Assembly (NCBI RefSeq): GCF_006345805.1
Contig: NC_043000.1
Span: 54,436,001-54,500,000, forward strand
Source: Octopus sinensis
Lineage: Eukaryota
Direction of reading: 5' to 3'
Length of the DNA stretch: 64,000 nt
In this document: positions 62,586 to 64,000 of the stretch, in pieces
Numbering within the stretch: position 1 is the stretch's first letter
How the letters are laid out: every line of letters starts with the position of its first letter
Notes under the pieces: model-generated
What the model saw: only the letters and a program-made list of their open reading frames with translations
Databases searched by the model: none
Told to the model about the DNA's origin: nothing
Program-made: the position numbers and the translations under genes

Positions 62586-64000
62586 GTTTTACGTAAAGTT
62601 TAAATATATGTATATATAAACCAATTACAACGGATTTCGCCCAAATTTGACGTCGCTGTTACTTAGTTTGGTTTGAAATAAAGAACCTGATTAGCTTAAT
62701 AATCCTAACTTAATCTCGAGAAAAGCCGGGTTATACTGCTAGTGAATAATAAACTGAAATTGAGTTAATATACCGATACTTTCTGTTCTTAGGGGGCCTC
62801 TTGAAATTATAAGTGCATGAATTGCATTTACGCTGGTGCGTATGAATAATAATAGTTTTAATTCAAAATACGGGATAAACCGCTTAGTATTCCTGATGGA
62901 TAAAACGCTTGCACCTGTGACTATATTCCTGGGATTATCTAATATATGAACACACGCTTCGAATTGTTAATACTATTTGTAAGCAAATCGAATTGTAATG
63001 AATATGCAAAACAATCCCTAGCAACCTATGATGAACTAAATAAAAAAATTCTATGACAATTTACAAACTTTTACCTAATGGATATCAAGAAGTGATTAAT
63101 CACTCTAGCTGTAATATTGTTTAAACTTACAAGCTTTTATATACTTACTACTTTCGATTGTCAAATAAATTGCCATGAAATATACAAATAAATCCAGTGC
63201 TATTTTGAAACATATCTATTACAAATTCTTACTTTCCATGAAAATTTACTTCATCCGATATAAAATTTAATGTTTTCTTCCAAAATATTATAGACGCGAA
63301 TGATTAGAGCTATTACTATTTTAAGTAAATCTGAAAATCTGACCTTGTTCCACAAACTGTTTTTTTTTATGCAGCAGCTATTTAAAATCTTCTGGCACAG
63401 GAATCAATGTTTACGTTATACAAAATATGATAATACTGATTGAAATAATGATAATGTTAATGAAAAGAAGTGGAGATGGAAAGAAAAAGTGTGAAATATC
63501 CAAAATAATAATTTCTAGAGGGCACTCTCTTGTTAGCCTTTAAAGATTAGACTAAATTGGGAAAAAAGTTTAATGACATACTTTGATCTGTTGCCAATGC
63601 AAATTTTAAGTTCCGGTTGTAATTTTTGTATGATCTTATGAAGCATGCCAAAAAGAAATTGGCATGAAATATTTTCAGTACGTTTAATTCTACGTAAAGT
63701 ATCTAGTGTATTTCGACACCATTAATCCTGTTCACCTGATCAAGCTGTATTTGTAGCATGTAGTCATTCACAATATTTAATGACTTTAGACAACTTCCAA
63801 CTTAATTATGTCTACAGTTCTAAATATCTTAGAGACAAATAATTCGAACCTAAATGTATGTCACACTGTTGTAAATGTAGGGGAGAGGGTGAGAGAAAAC
63901 TAATATATATATATATTTATATATATAAATATATATATATAAGACGTCCAATACATTCATATGATCACTTGATGGTTATTAATGTCTGCGTCATACTGTA

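Larger units (their letters stand above)
61623..62742 (+). mobile_element. Probable non-autonomous Helitron-like element
   Basis: 5' end A|TCTGTATATATAAAAGG followed by a (TG)n tract; 3' end GCCGGGTTATACTGCTAG|T. The TC...CTAG termini between A and T are the Helitron hallmark. No clean subterminal hairpin found. Confidence 0.5.

Noticed and set aside
1-64000. tRNA genes, rRNA, CRISPR arrays, prokaryotic operons
   Set aside because: None seen. tRNA-like A/B-box sequences all belong to SINE heads and do not form complete cloverleaves.

Overview
Strongly AT-rich eukaryotic DNA packed with (TA)n/(CA)n/(AAT)n compound microsatellites, three families of tRNA-type SINEs, restriction-like-endonuclease (R4/Dong-like) LINE fragments, three mariner relics, MITEs and a probable non-autonomous Helitron. 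This repeat landscape fits an octopus (coleoid cephalopod) genome; that is an inference from repeat content, not a database match. No host protein-coding gene can be supported. Almost every ORF in the supplied track is a microsatellite translation, a SINE read-through or a decayed transposon ORF, and only a few weak candidate micro-exons were seen, so the window is probably intronic or intergenic. The most notable signal is a set of short (about 0.4-0.7 kb) non-coding elements inserted next to (TA)n or (AAT)n tracts that carry type I hammerhead ribozyme motifs. One has a fully canonical core (17801-17891) inside a 605-nt unit with 97-nt terminal redundancy. A second lies in a circularly permuted 461-nt unit plus its inverted copy (11692-12530). 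Two further degenerate motifs lie at 19003 and 62176. A related TA-flanked ~360-bp family with an invariant hairpin and a tail-to-tail inverted copy occurs at 29.7 kb and 58.4-59.0 kb. Together these resemble retrozyme-like or non-autonomous Penelope-like mini-retroelements. All alignments, folds and translations were done by eye, and element boundaries are approximate unless a TIR or TSD fixes them.
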